The notes under the pieces: generated by a model
What the model was told of the DNA's origin: nothing
The model's database searches: none
What the model saw: the letters and a program-made list of their open reading frames with translations, nothing else
NCBI GenBank assembly: GCA_022510955.1
Contig: JAFLSM010000003.1
Coordinates: 7,877-71,876, forward strand
Reading direction: 5' to 3'
DNA length: 64,000 nt
Source: Ruminococcus sp.
GTDB taxonomy: Bacteria > Bacillota > Clostridia > Oscillospirales > Acutalibacteraceae
Made by a program: the position numbers and the translations under genes
Shown here: positions 55,903-64,000 of the stretch, piece after piece
Layout: each line of letters opens with the position of its first letter
Position numbering within the stretch: position 1 is the stretch's first letter

Positions 55903-57079
55903 GAATATCCTCCCCTCTGTATCTTGCAATCGCTGCAACATCCTTGTCGCCTCTGCCAGAAAGGTTTACAACGATAATCTTATCCTTGCTCATTTGCGGA
56001 GCAAGCTTTATACAATGTGCAAGAGCATGTGAGCTTTCAATAGCGGGGATAATGCCCTCGGTTCTTGAAAGGTATTCAAATGCCTGCACAGCCTCTTCAT
56101 CTGTAATGGGCACATACTTTGCTCTGCCTGTGTCGCTGAGGTTTGCGTGCTCAGGGCCAATGCCCGGATAGTCAAGTCCTGCCGAAATTGAATAAACGGG
56201 AGCAATTTGACCGTACTCATTCTGGCAGAAGTATGACTTCATTCCATGGAAAATTCCGAGTGAGCCGTTTGCAATAGTTGCAGCATTTTTCGGATTATCC
56301 ACACCTAAGCCTGCTGCCTCACAGCCGATAAGCTCAACGCTTTCATCATTAATAAAGTCATAGAAAGCACCAATGGCATTGCTACCGCCGCCGACGCAGG
56401 CAATAACCGTGTCGGGCAGTCTGCCTTCCTTTTCCATAAGCTGCTGTCTTATTTCCTTGCTGATAACGCTTTGGAAGTCACGCACAATAGTCGGGAACGG
56501 ATGAGGGCCCATTACGGAACCGAGAACATAGAGGGTGTCGTCAACCCTGTTTGTCCACTCACGCATACATTCATTTACAGCGTCCTTAAGCGTCATTGTG
56601 CCTGTTTCAACAGCGTGAACCTTTGCACCCAAAAGACGCATTCTGTAAACATTAAGAGCCTGACGGATTGTGTCCTCCTTGCCCATGAAAATTTCACATT
56701 CAAGCCCGAGCAAAGCCGCAACTGTTGCCGTTGCAACACCGTGCTGACCTGCACCTGTTTCTGCAATTACACGCTTTTTGCCCATTTTTTTAGCAAGCAA
56801 GCACTGACCAAGGCAGTTGTTAATCTTGTGAGCACCCGTGTGGTTCAAATCCTCACGCTTTAAATAGATTTTTGCACCGCCCAAATCATTTGTCATCTTC
56901 TCTGCATAGTAAAGCAATGACGGTCTGCCTGCGTATTCACGCATCAATTTATCAAGCTCAGCAACAAATTCAGGGTCATCCTTGTATTTGTTGTAGGCTT
57001 CTTCAAGTTCATTCACAGCATTCATCAATGTTTCGGGAACAAACTGACCGCCGTGAATGCCAAACTTACCTTTTGACAT
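55895..57079 (-). CDS. trpB: Tryptophan synthase beta chain
   Basis: [49 protein letters not shown]. Confidence 0.98.
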   Translation of the reverse strand: MSKGKFGIHGGQFVPETLMNAVNELEEAYNKYKDDPEFVAELDKLMREYAGRPSLLYYAEKMTNDLGGAKIYLKREDLNHTGAHKINNCLGQCLLAKKMGKKRVIAETGAGQHGVATATVAALLGLECEIFMGKEDTIRQALNVYRMRLLGAKVHAVETGTMTLKDAVNECMREWTNRVDDTLYVLGSVMGPHPFPTIVRDFQSVISKEIRQQLMEKEGRLPDTVIACVGGGSNAIGAFYDFINDESVELIGCEAAGLGVDNPKNAATIANGSLGIFHGMKSYFCQNEYGQIAPVYSISAGLDYPGIGPEHANLSDTGRAKYVPITDEEAVQAFEYLSRTEGIIPAIESSHALAHCIKLAPQMSKDKIIVVNLSGRGDKDVAAIARYRGEDIHD

Positions 57080-57166
57080 TTGTATATCTCCTCATATTAA
57101 AAATATTATTTATACTAATAATCTCTAAAAATCTTCAAGGCTTGAACATTTCATAATATTGCCCTT

Positions 57167-57958
57167 TCAAACAGCAAGAGGACTGCCGTTGAGCATTTCC
57201 AAAGCCGATTTTTTATCATTATTACGCATTAGTGTTTCACCAATCAGCACACCGTTTACTCCGGCATTTCTGAGATTTTGAATATCCTCGCTTGTTTTGA
57301 TTCCGCTCTCGCCTACAAAAAGAATATCCTTTGGTACAAGTGAGCGAAGTCTGGTGCAGGTTGTGATGTCAACTGTAAAGTCCTTTAAGTTGCGGTTATT
57401 AACCCCGATTATCCTTGCACCTGCATCAAGTGCAGACTGCACCTCTTCCTCTGTGTGAGCCTCAACAAGAGCCGAAAGTCCGAGCGTGTCGCAAAGCTTA
57501 ATCCACTCTCTGATTGTGTCGGTGTCAAGCAATGCACAAATCAAAAGCACTGCCGACGCACCAATAACCTTTGCCTCATAAATCTGATATTCACAAACTG
57601 TAAAGTCCTTGCGTAAAAGCGGAAGACTCACATTCTGCGAAATTTCCTGCAAAAATCTGTTTTCTCCCTTAAACCACTGCGGTTCGGTAAGAACAGATAT
57701 TGCTGACGCTCCTGCATTTTCATAGTCCTTTGCAATCTGCACATACGGAAAGTTCTCTGCAATTATTCCCTTTGATGGAGACGCTTTCTTAACCTCGCAA
57801 ATATATGAAATTCCGTCTTTGGAAAGTGCCTTTTCAAATGGAAATTCGTCATTAATTTCCATTGCAAGAGCTTTTTGTTTTATCTCTTCAAGCGAAACCG
57901 TCTGCATTATTTTTTCGTATCGCTCACGGTTTGCCTGTGCAATCGTTTCAAGTATCAT
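57167..57958 (-). CDS. trpC: Indole-3-glycerol phosphate synthase
   Basis: ICEVKKASPSKG, ISVLTEP, LRKDF, IGVNNRNL, ESGI, LIGETLM. Confidence 0.97.
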   Translation of the reverse strand: MILETIAQANRERYEKIMQTVSLEEIKQKALAMEINDEFPFEKALSKDGISYICEVKKASPSKGIIAENFPYVQIAKDYENAGASAISVLTEPQWFKGENRFLQEISQNVSLPLLRKDFTVCEYQIYEAKVIGASAVLLICALLDTDTIREWIKLCDTLGLSALVEAHTEEEVQSALDAGARIIGVNNRNLKDFTVDITTCTRLRSLVPKDILFVGESGIKTSEDIQNLRNAGVNGVLIGETLMRNNDKKSALEMLNGSPLAV

Positions 57959-57972
57959 ATTTAACCTCAAAA

Positions 57973-58983
57973 TTACTCATTTGTTGCCTTGGCAAATTCT
58001 TCGACCTTTGCAAGTGCCTTGCCGCTGTCTATAATCTCCTGAGCAAGCTTAACGCCGTCTGCAATGCTGTCTGCCTTGCCGCCTGCAACGAGACCTAATG
58101 CCGAGTTAAGCACAACAATGTCACGCTTTGCTCCTGTGATTTCACCGCTTAAAATCTTTCTTGTGATTTCGGCATTTTCTGCACCGTCACCACCCAAAAG
58201 CTCGGACATATCATAAGTACCCAGGCCGAACTCCTCAGGTGTGATGTCATAGTTTTTAAAACTGCCGTTGTCAATCTCGCAAACCTTTGTTTTACCTGTT
58301 ACCGTTACCTCATCCATACCGTCACTGCCGTGGAACACAAAGCCACGCTTAACACCGAGATTTGAGAAAACCTTTGCAACAGGTTCAACAAGACTTTCGG
58401 AATACACGCCTGTAACCTGTAAATTTGCACTTGCAGGATTTGTAAGAGGGCCTAAAAGATTGAATACATTGCGTATTCCTATTTCTTTTCTTACAGGGCC
58501 TACATACTTCATTGCAGAATGATAGTTCTGTGCGTGCATAAAGCAAATGCCTGTTTTACTGAGCACCTCAGCATTTTTCTCGGGAGTAATCATAATGTTT
58601 ATGCCGAGAGCCTCAAGGCAGTCAGACGCACCGCTCTTGCTTGACATTGAACGGTTGCCGTGCTTTGCAACAGGCACACCTCCTGCTGAAATAACAAAAG
58701 CTGATGTGGTTGAAATATTGAATGTGCCTGTGCCGTCACCGCCTGTGCCGACAATATCAAGGGCATCTGTGCTCTTTGAAACATGCAGAGCTTTGTCACG
58801 CATAACAGTTGCGCAGGCTGTAATTTCATCAATCGTTTCGCCTTTTAGTCTGAGTACTGTAAGATAAGCAGCCATTTGTGCCTGTGTGGCTGTACCGCTC
58901 ATCATTTCTTCCATAACCTGTGTTGCCTCTTCAAATGTAAGGTCATTTCCTGCAACAACCTTGATAATTGCCTCTTTTATCAA
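57973..58983 (-). CDS. trpD: Anthranilate phosphoribosyltransferase
   Basis: DIVGTGGDG..TFNIST, AKHGNRSMSSKSG, FNLLGPLTNP. Confidence 0.97.
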   Translation of the reverse strand: MIKEAIIKVVAGNDLTFEEATQVMEEMMSGTATQAQMAAYLTVLRLKGETIDEITACATVMRDKALHVSKSTDALDIVGTGGDGTGTFNISTTSAFVISAGGVPVAKHGNRSMSSKSGASDCLEALGINIMITPEKNAEVLSKTGICFMHAQNYHSAMKYVGPVRKEIGIRNVFNLLGPLTNPASANLQVTGVYSESLVEPVAKVFSNLGVKRGFVFHGSDGMDEVTVTGKTKVCEIDNGSFKNYDITPEEFGLGTYDMSELLGGDGAENAEITRKILSGEITGAKRDIVVLNSALGLVAGGKADSIADGVKLAQEIIDSGKALAKVEEFAKATNE

Positions 58984-58988
58984 TTAAA

Positions 58989-59558
58989 TCAAACCCTTTC
59001 AATAAAGTTTCTAATCATCTGCATTCCGTGTGAGGTAAGGATTGATTCAGGGTGAAACTGCAATCCGTAAATTTCATAATCCCTATGTTTAACGCCCATA
59101 ACCTCTCCCATATTATCTTCAGCAACAACAATAAGTTCCTGCGGAATTGTGTCACGCTTTGCAATAAGTGAGTGGTATCTTGCGCCCTCAACAACCTTTG
59201 GCATATCGGCAAAAATTTTACATTCTGTATCAACTTTAATATCGCTTTTCTTGCCGTGCATTAACTTTACTGCATGTGTGATTTGTGCACCAAACACCTC
59301 GCAAATTGCCTGATGACCGAGGCACACACCCAAAATAGGATATTCGCCCTTAAGCTCTCTTATAACATCCTCGCACACACCTGCATTCTTCGGATAACCG
59401 GGACCCGGGGAAAGTATTATGTGACTGGGATTTAAATTTCTGATTTCATCAACGGTAATTTCATCATTTCTAACAACCAAAATATCGGGAGTTACACTGC
59501 CCACAAACTGAACAAGATTGTAGGTAAAGCTGTCGTAATTGTCAATAAAAAGTATCAT
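58989..59558 (-). CDS. trpG: Anthranilate synthase component II (glutamine amidotransferase)
   Basis: IDNYDSFTYNL, SPGPG, GVCLGHQ, ARYHSL, QFHPESI. Confidence 0.96.
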   Translation of the reverse strand: MILFIDNYDSFTYNLVQFVGSVTPDILVVRNDEITVDEIRNLNPSHIILSPGPGYPKNAGVCEDVIRELKGEYPILGVCLGHQAICEVFGAQITHAVKLMHGKKSDIKVDTECKIFADMPKVVEGARYHSLIAKRDTIPQELIVVAEDNMGEVMGVKHRDYEIYGLQFHPESILTSHGMQMIRNFIERV

Positions 59559-61015
59559 AACTTGTCAACCTCCCCTGCATTTTTAACTGCGTTCATAACT
59601 GCAAGAGCCTTGTTGTAGGTTTCCATATATTCGCTTTCAGGAACGCTGTCTGCTACAATACCTGCGCCTGCCTGAACATACACCTTTCCGCCTGTTTTAA
59701 CAGCCATACGGATTGCAATACAGGTGCAAAGATTGCCGTTGAAGTCAGCATATCCGAGTGCACCACCGTATACACCGCGGGGAGTTTTTTCAAGCTCTTC
59801 AATAATTTCACACGCTCTTATCTTTGGCGCACCCGACAATGTGCCTGCCGGCAAGACTGCCTCTACTGCACTTAAAGCGTCAAGGTCGTCTCTGATTTCG
59901 CCCTCAACCTCACTGCAAATGTGCATAATTTTTGAAAAGCGCAAAACTTTTTGATATTCAGTTACCTTTACTGAACCGAACTTAGCAATTCTGCCGATAT
60001 CGTTTCTTCCGAGGTCAACAAGCATATTATGCTCTGCAAGCTCTTTTTCATCCTGCATAAGCTCTTTGGCAAGTGCGTCGTCCTCTTCCTTTGTCTTTCC
60101 TCTCGGACGGGAGCCTGCAATAGGAAATGTGTTAAGAACGCCGTCCTGAAGCTTTACAAGAGTTTCGGGTGAGGTACTGATAATCTCATCGCCTTCAATA
60201 TTCATATACACCATATATGGAGAAGGATTTGTCACACGCAAAACTCTGTATGCGTTTATCAGCGAACCTTTATAGTCAGCCTCAAAACGCCTTGAAACAA
60301 CGCATTGGAAGATATCGCCGTCAAAAATATATTCCTTGGTTTTTTCAACCATATCGCAAAATTCTTCTTTGGTGTAGGTACTTGAAAATTCAACATTTTC
60401 ATCGCTCTCAAGCTTTGGCAGAGGAGAGGCATCAGTGATTATGGAAATAATTTCGTTTATATCCGACTTTGCTTTTTCGTACTGACGCTCTACATCATAA
60501 GTTTTCATATTAGCAACGACAATCAGTTTTTGCTTTAAATGGTCATAAGCAATCACCTTGTCAAACATCATTAAATCAAAATCGTTTGTTTCTCCCCTTT
60601 TGAGTTTTAGAACAGGCTCTGCAACTGCAATCATCGCATAGCCATAGTAACCCATAAGTCCGCCTGTAAACGGAGGAAGGTCATCAAAATGCGGAGTTTT
60701 ATAATCGGCAAGATATTCTCGCAAGGCATCATAAGGCTTGTCGGTTTTTACAATTCTTGCGCCCTCGCCCGTAACGGTGAGCGTACCGTCTTTATATGCA
60801 AGGCGTGATTTAGGATTAAAGCCGAGATATGAGTATCTTCCCCACTTTTCACCACCCTCAATGCTTTCAAGCAGGAAAAATTTGTCTGATTTTTGAGCAA
60901 TTTTTCTGAGTAATGTAATTGGAGTAACAACATCGGCATAAATCTCTTTGCAAACAGGGATTACGCTGTATTTGTCCTTCAAACTCAGAATCTCATCAAA
61001 TGACGGTTTAATCAT
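59555..61015 (-). CDS. trpE: Anthranilate synthase component I
   Basis: LLESIEGGEKWGRYS, NPSPYM, AEHNMLVDLGRND, LPAGTLSGAPK, QAGAGIVADS. Confidence 0.97.
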   Translation of the reverse strand: MIKPSFDEILSLKDKYSVIPVCKEIYADVVTPITLLRKIAQKSDKFFLLESIEGGEKWGRYSYLGFNPKSRLAYKDGTLTVTGEGARIVKTDKPYDALREYLADYKTPHFDDLPPFTGGLMGYYGYAMIAVAEPVLKLKRGETNDFDLMMFDKVIAYDHLKQKLIVVANMKTYDVERQYEKAKSDINEIISIITDASPLPKLESDENVEFSSTYTKEEFCDMVEKTKEYIFDGDIFQCVVSRRFEADYKGSLINAYRVLRVTNPSPYMVYMNIEGDEIISTSPETLVKLQDGVLNTFPIAGSRPRGKTKEEDDALAKELMQDEKELAEHNMLVDLGRNDIGRIAKFGSVKVTEYQKVLRFSKIMHICSEVEGEIRDDLDALSAVEAVLPAGTLSGAPKIRACEIIEELEKTPRGVYGGALGYADFNGNLCTCIAIRMAVKTGGKVYVQAGAGIVADSVPESEYMETYNKALAVMNAVKNAGEVDKL

Positions 61016-61054
61016 TTTACACCAACCTTTCAAATTATTTTATATTTATACAAC

Positions 61055-61147
61055 AAAAAAGCAGTCGGTGGTCTGCACCTATCGAACAGGCAACACCATA
61101 TAAAAATGCCCTTTTGTGTACGACTGTTTATGAGCGGTTACCTATAA
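61055..61147 (-). repeat. Full copy C of the terminator-following element, between the T-box terminator and trpE
   Basis: Minus strand TTATAGGTAACCGCTCATAAACAGTCG...ATATGGTGTTGCCTGTTCGATAGGTGCAGACCACCGACTGCTTTTTT. Confidence 0.85.
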
Positions 61148-61150
61148 ATC

Positions 61151-61465
61151 AAAAAAAGCTTTTGTCCCAAAAAAGGGACAAAAGCCTGAATAAACAACTT
61201 CTGCGGTACCACCCAATTTGACGAATAATCGCCCGCTTAACAGCATACTGACATATGCCTCTCACTGTAACGGTTGAGCTCCGTCGAAAACTACTCGTAA
61301 AACATTTTTAACACACATCGCCTGTTACTGCAATCCTTATGAACTAAAAACTTTATACTTTCGGTTCGCCCTCACAAGTCCATTCACACAATCCTACACT
61401 ATCGGCTCACACCAACCGCCGACTCTCTGAAAGTTTCAGAAAATGCTACTACTCTTGTTCATAGG
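61151..61465 (-). promoter_or_regulatory. Tryptophan T-box riboswitch
   Basis: AG box AGAGAG, GGTGTGA, specifier GAA-TGG (Trp codon at 61380-61382), T-box AATTGGGTGGTACCGC (61203-61218), terminator GCTTTTGTCCC/GGGACAAAAGC + U7. Confidence 0.95.
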
Positions 61466-61496
61466 TTTAACATATTAATATTATTATATTAATATT

Positions 61497-61525
61497 ATTA
61501 TATTACTCTACTATTCATTTGTCAA
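61497..61525 (-). promoter_or_regulatory. Consensus SigA promoter of the trp leader
   Basis: TTGACA-17 bp-TATAAT on the minus strand. Confidence 0.88.
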
Positions 61526-61614
61526 CACTTTTTAGATCGTAATTACTTGAAATAATATCTATCTTTTATTTATCAAATAAGAACGACAGACTACTGCAAA
61601 CACATCATTAGAAT

Positions 61615-62037
61615 TTAAAGTTTAACAAACTGTTTTTCATCAAAATTAGTTTCCATTGTCCATTCGGTTGCGACACCATTTTTCAAACAAAATATCTGAA
61701 GCAGATTATCTATTCCATTATCTTTCCATGCCTGCAAAAACTTTCTTGTGGGATGACTAAATATTTCTTCACGAAGATTTTCATCATTCTCAATATATTG
61801 TAGCTTACCGGTAACACGAATCTGAGTTCCTTGCCCCTGAAAACATAACTCAACCTTTGGATTTTTCATAATCTGTTCAAAAACATCTTTAGTTGAAGCT
61901 GTGTGAAAAATTATTCCGTTTTCATCAGCTCTAAACAGGAGCATTCCTCTGACACGTGGCTGATCTCCATCCATAGTTGCCAAATGAAAAACAGGATTCT
62001 CTTTCATCAAATTAAAAATTTCACTTTTAGTTAGCAT
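61615..62037 (-). CDS. Pyridoxamine 5'-phosphate oxidase-like FMN-binding protein
   Basis: FHLATMDGDQPRVRGM, FHTASTKDVFEQIMKNPKVELCF, IRVTG. Confidence 0.85.
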   Translation of the reverse strand: MLTKSEIFNLMKENPVFHLATMDGDQPRVRGMLLFRADENGIIFHTASTKDVFEQIMKNPKVELCFQGQGTQIRVTGKLQYIENDENLREEIFSHPTRKFLQAWKDNGIDNLLQIFCLKNGVATEWTMETNFDEKQFVKL

Positions 62038-62138
62038 ACATTATTCCTCCTTTTGTTTACGGCTATTATAGTTGAAAACAATAAATATTACTTTCAAAAT
62101 AATGCCGTATGCTTGCAAAAAACAAGCAAAAGCAGAAA

Positions 62139-63008
62139 TTACTCCTTATATGCGTCACGGTATTCTGATGGAGATATATTAACAAGGCGTTTAAAGCACG
62201 AGGTAAAATGTGCATTACTGCCAAAACCACATCTTTGTGATATCTCTGTAATAGGCACATCTTTTCTTTTTAACAGGATTTTTGACTTTGCTATTCTTGT
62301 TTGAATTAAATATTCTATCGGAGTGAATGAAGTTTCTTTTTTAAAAAGTCTGTTAAGGCTTGATTCCGACATATATGCTATCTGTGCCAACTTTTTCACC
62401 GTGATATTTTCATCAAAATGCTGTTCTATATATTGCTGTACTCTACCTACTGTATAATTTGATGAAACAGAACGCATATCCAGATTTTCTCCAAGAATGC
62501 TTCTGATAATCCAGTGAGTAATAAGCGTTGTCTGTGCCCCTAAAGTTATATCCGAATTCTTCATACCCTTACTGTATTCTAAAGCAAATGTATTTAGAGT
62601 TTTTAAAATATCACTGCATAATGAAAATTGATGTTGCTCAAAACAAGGTACATTTTCACTGTAAAGACGATACTGTTTTTCAAAATATTCCCTATCAATC
62701 ATAGTACAATAATAATGATTAAAATCTTCATCTATATCATTATGAGGAATATCAGGTGATGTAATTGTCGCAAAATAATGCTTGGGCTTTAATTCTATTT
62801 TTCGCTCAACTAAAAGTTCTTCATTTGAAAATACTATGATTATCATATAAGAAGGATGTGTATGACTTTTTCTTGCGGCGTATCCACATTGCCCGAAACT
62901 CGGAATAAACAATCCCAGATTGTCATTAACATAGCAATCTACATATTGAAGTTCATCTTCTTTAAGACTATCTCCGACAAGCGACCTTATTTTATTAAAA
63001 TCCTTCAT
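62139..63008 (-). CDS. AraC-family transcriptional regulator
   Basis: N-terminal cupin-like HTHPSY; C-terminal LAQIAYMSESSLNRLFKK...ISQRCGFGSNAHFTSCFKR...SPSEYR. Confidence 0.93.
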   Translation of the reverse strand: MKDFNKIRSLVGDSLKEDELQYVDCYVNDNLGLFIPSFGQCGYAARKSHTHPSYMIIIVFSNEELLVERKIELKPKHYFATITSPDIPHNDIDEDFNHYYCTMIDREYFEKQYRLYSENVPCFEQHQFSLCSDILKTLNTFALEYSKGMKNSDITLGAQTTLITHWIIRSILGENLDMRSVSSNYTVGRVQQYIEQHFDENITVKKLAQIAYMSESSLNRLFKKETSFTPIEYLIQTRIAKSKILLKRKDVPITEISQRCGFGSNAHFTSCFKRLVNISPSEYRDAYKE

Positions 63009-63040
63009 AATATTAACTTCCTATCAAAACATATTTATAT

Positions 63041-63133
63041 AAAAAACATCCTGTAGGTTGCACCTATCCGAGTAGACAGCACCATATAAAAATAACCTTA
63101 TGTGCCCGACTGTTTCCGAGCAATTTCCTATCA
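63041..63133 (-). repeat. Full copy D of the terminator-following element, upstream of the AraC gene
   Basis: Minus strand GATAGGAAATTGCTCGGAAACAGTCGGGCAC...ATATGGTGCTGTCTACTCGGATAGGTGCAACCTACAGGATGTTTTTT. Confidence 0.9.
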
Positions 63134-63417
63134 ATTTTTTAATTTCCTTATTCGGAGTTTATCGATAATCCCTACAAATTCCGATTTATCTTAGCTACCA
63201 TCTGAAAGCTCTTTATTTTAAAAGCGTTTTGCCTGTTAAATGCTCGAGTCTTATGTATTTTCCCTTGTTTTACCCTTATGAGTCGAAACGATGAAAACTT
63301 TTTGTTCCAGTATCAAGCTGTTTTCGGCTGTCAAAGGAGCCCTCGGCGTTTAAAAACGAAATACACCTCTCGCACAAATCTGCGGTTATTCTCAAGATTT
63401 CGCCTCCACGGGAGTTA

Positions 63418-63999
63418 CTATAGGACAAGACATTTGTTTTTTTTCATATGTTTATACAGGATAATGCTCTTTATTAGACCACTGGCAAATAGTAACATTG
63501 ACGAGACAACTACCGTTATAAAAACATCGGGAACAAAAGCTTGTGCTACCCATAGTGGCGTTGCAAAGAATATAGGTACAAGCATTAAAATATAAATCGG
63601 CAAAAGCAAGTGGAATAATATGAGAAACAGTACTGCCGGAATTTTTTTAATGCATTTTATTCTATTTACATATTTTGGAATAAGACATATAGATAAAACT
63701 GCCACAGTTAATATGGCGAGCATAATCAGATCGATTCGAATATGACTTAATATATACTCATTGCTCGTAATTTCATTCGGTGTGTTTCCTAAAAGCATAA
63801 GGACAACTCCCCATCCCAACTCATCCATCATGCTGTTTGTTACAAAATAATCATTCACATTCGTCGTGATAGCGATTGCAATATCGCTTTCAGGAAGAAT
63901 GAAAACGCAGGAAGTTCCGGTTTCAATCAAACCACTGTGGCGCAATACGGGCTCGGAAAGCGGCTCTTTTACTGTAGCCCAGCCATATCCATACCAGTA
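63418..63999 (-). CDS. Serine hydrolase (beta-lactamase/AmpC-like) C-terminal part with membrane tail; truncated by the window edge
   Basis: The open frame from the window end reads YWYGYGW...RHSGLIETG..IAITTN, followed by three TM helices. Confidence 0.75.
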   Translation of the reverse strand, partial: YWYGYGWATVKEPLSEPVLRHSGLIETGTSCVFILPESDIAIAITTNVNDYFVTNSMMDELGWGVVLMLLGNTPNEITSNEYILSHIRIDLIMLAILTVAVLSICLIPKYVNRIKCIKKIPAVLFLILFHLLLPIYILMLVPIFFATPLWVAQAFVPDVFITVVVSSMLLFASGLIKSIILYKHMKKNKCLVL

Positions 64000-64000
64000 A

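Noticed and set aside
63041-63133. c-di-GMP-II riboswitch identity for the repeated element (shares the words GGAAA, GGGCAC, GUGCAACC)
   Set aside because: No kink-turn P2 and no upstream GGUU loop to pair with AACC; other copies read GUGCAGCC/GUGCAGAC without compensatory changes. An Infernal run would settle it.
1-64000. Transposase, integrase, prophage, cas or tRNA genes
   Set aside because: None recognised in the ORF track or by reading the intergenic regions.

Overview
This is a chromosomal window from an anaerobic gut Firmicute of the Ruminococcus/Oscillospirales type. A dockerin-bearing enzyme and a maltodextrin/alpha-amylase locus point to a Ruminococcus bromii-like starch degrader (inference). 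Most of it is housekeeping: uvrC, ptsH, rimM-trmD, tsaD-rimI, polA, alr, trpS, murE, mgtE, rlmD, murA, udg, pduL, hisC, lexA, cobB, and a Trp T-box-controlled trpEGDCBA operon lacking trpF. It also holds a malEFG + GH13 locus, cell-wall enzymes and a stand-alone 5S rRNA gene. I recognised no transposase, integrase, cas gene or CRISPR array. The most unusual signals are non-coding or structural. (1) A dispersed ~93-nt strand-polarised element has 4 full and 2 short copies; 5 of 6 start right after an intrinsic terminator, and the full copies carry an SD-like sequence, an AUG and their own terminator. (2) A 1.1-kb integrase-less islet bounded by a perfect 27-bp direct repeat encodes an XRE repressor opposite a consensus promoter driving an unknown 2-TM protein. 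(3) A CBM-like/esterase/dockerin gene is inserted into an ABC operon between 12-bp repeats. (4) A tandem covarying RNA-like motif precedes an FkbM methyltransferase. (5) There is a candidate sRNA upstream of lexA and a leader-peptide attenuator upstream of mgtE. (6) A TA-ended Correia-like MITE family is scattered across the window. Start codons were adjusted by eye where an SD supported a downstream start. All calls come from reading the sequence; no searches were run.
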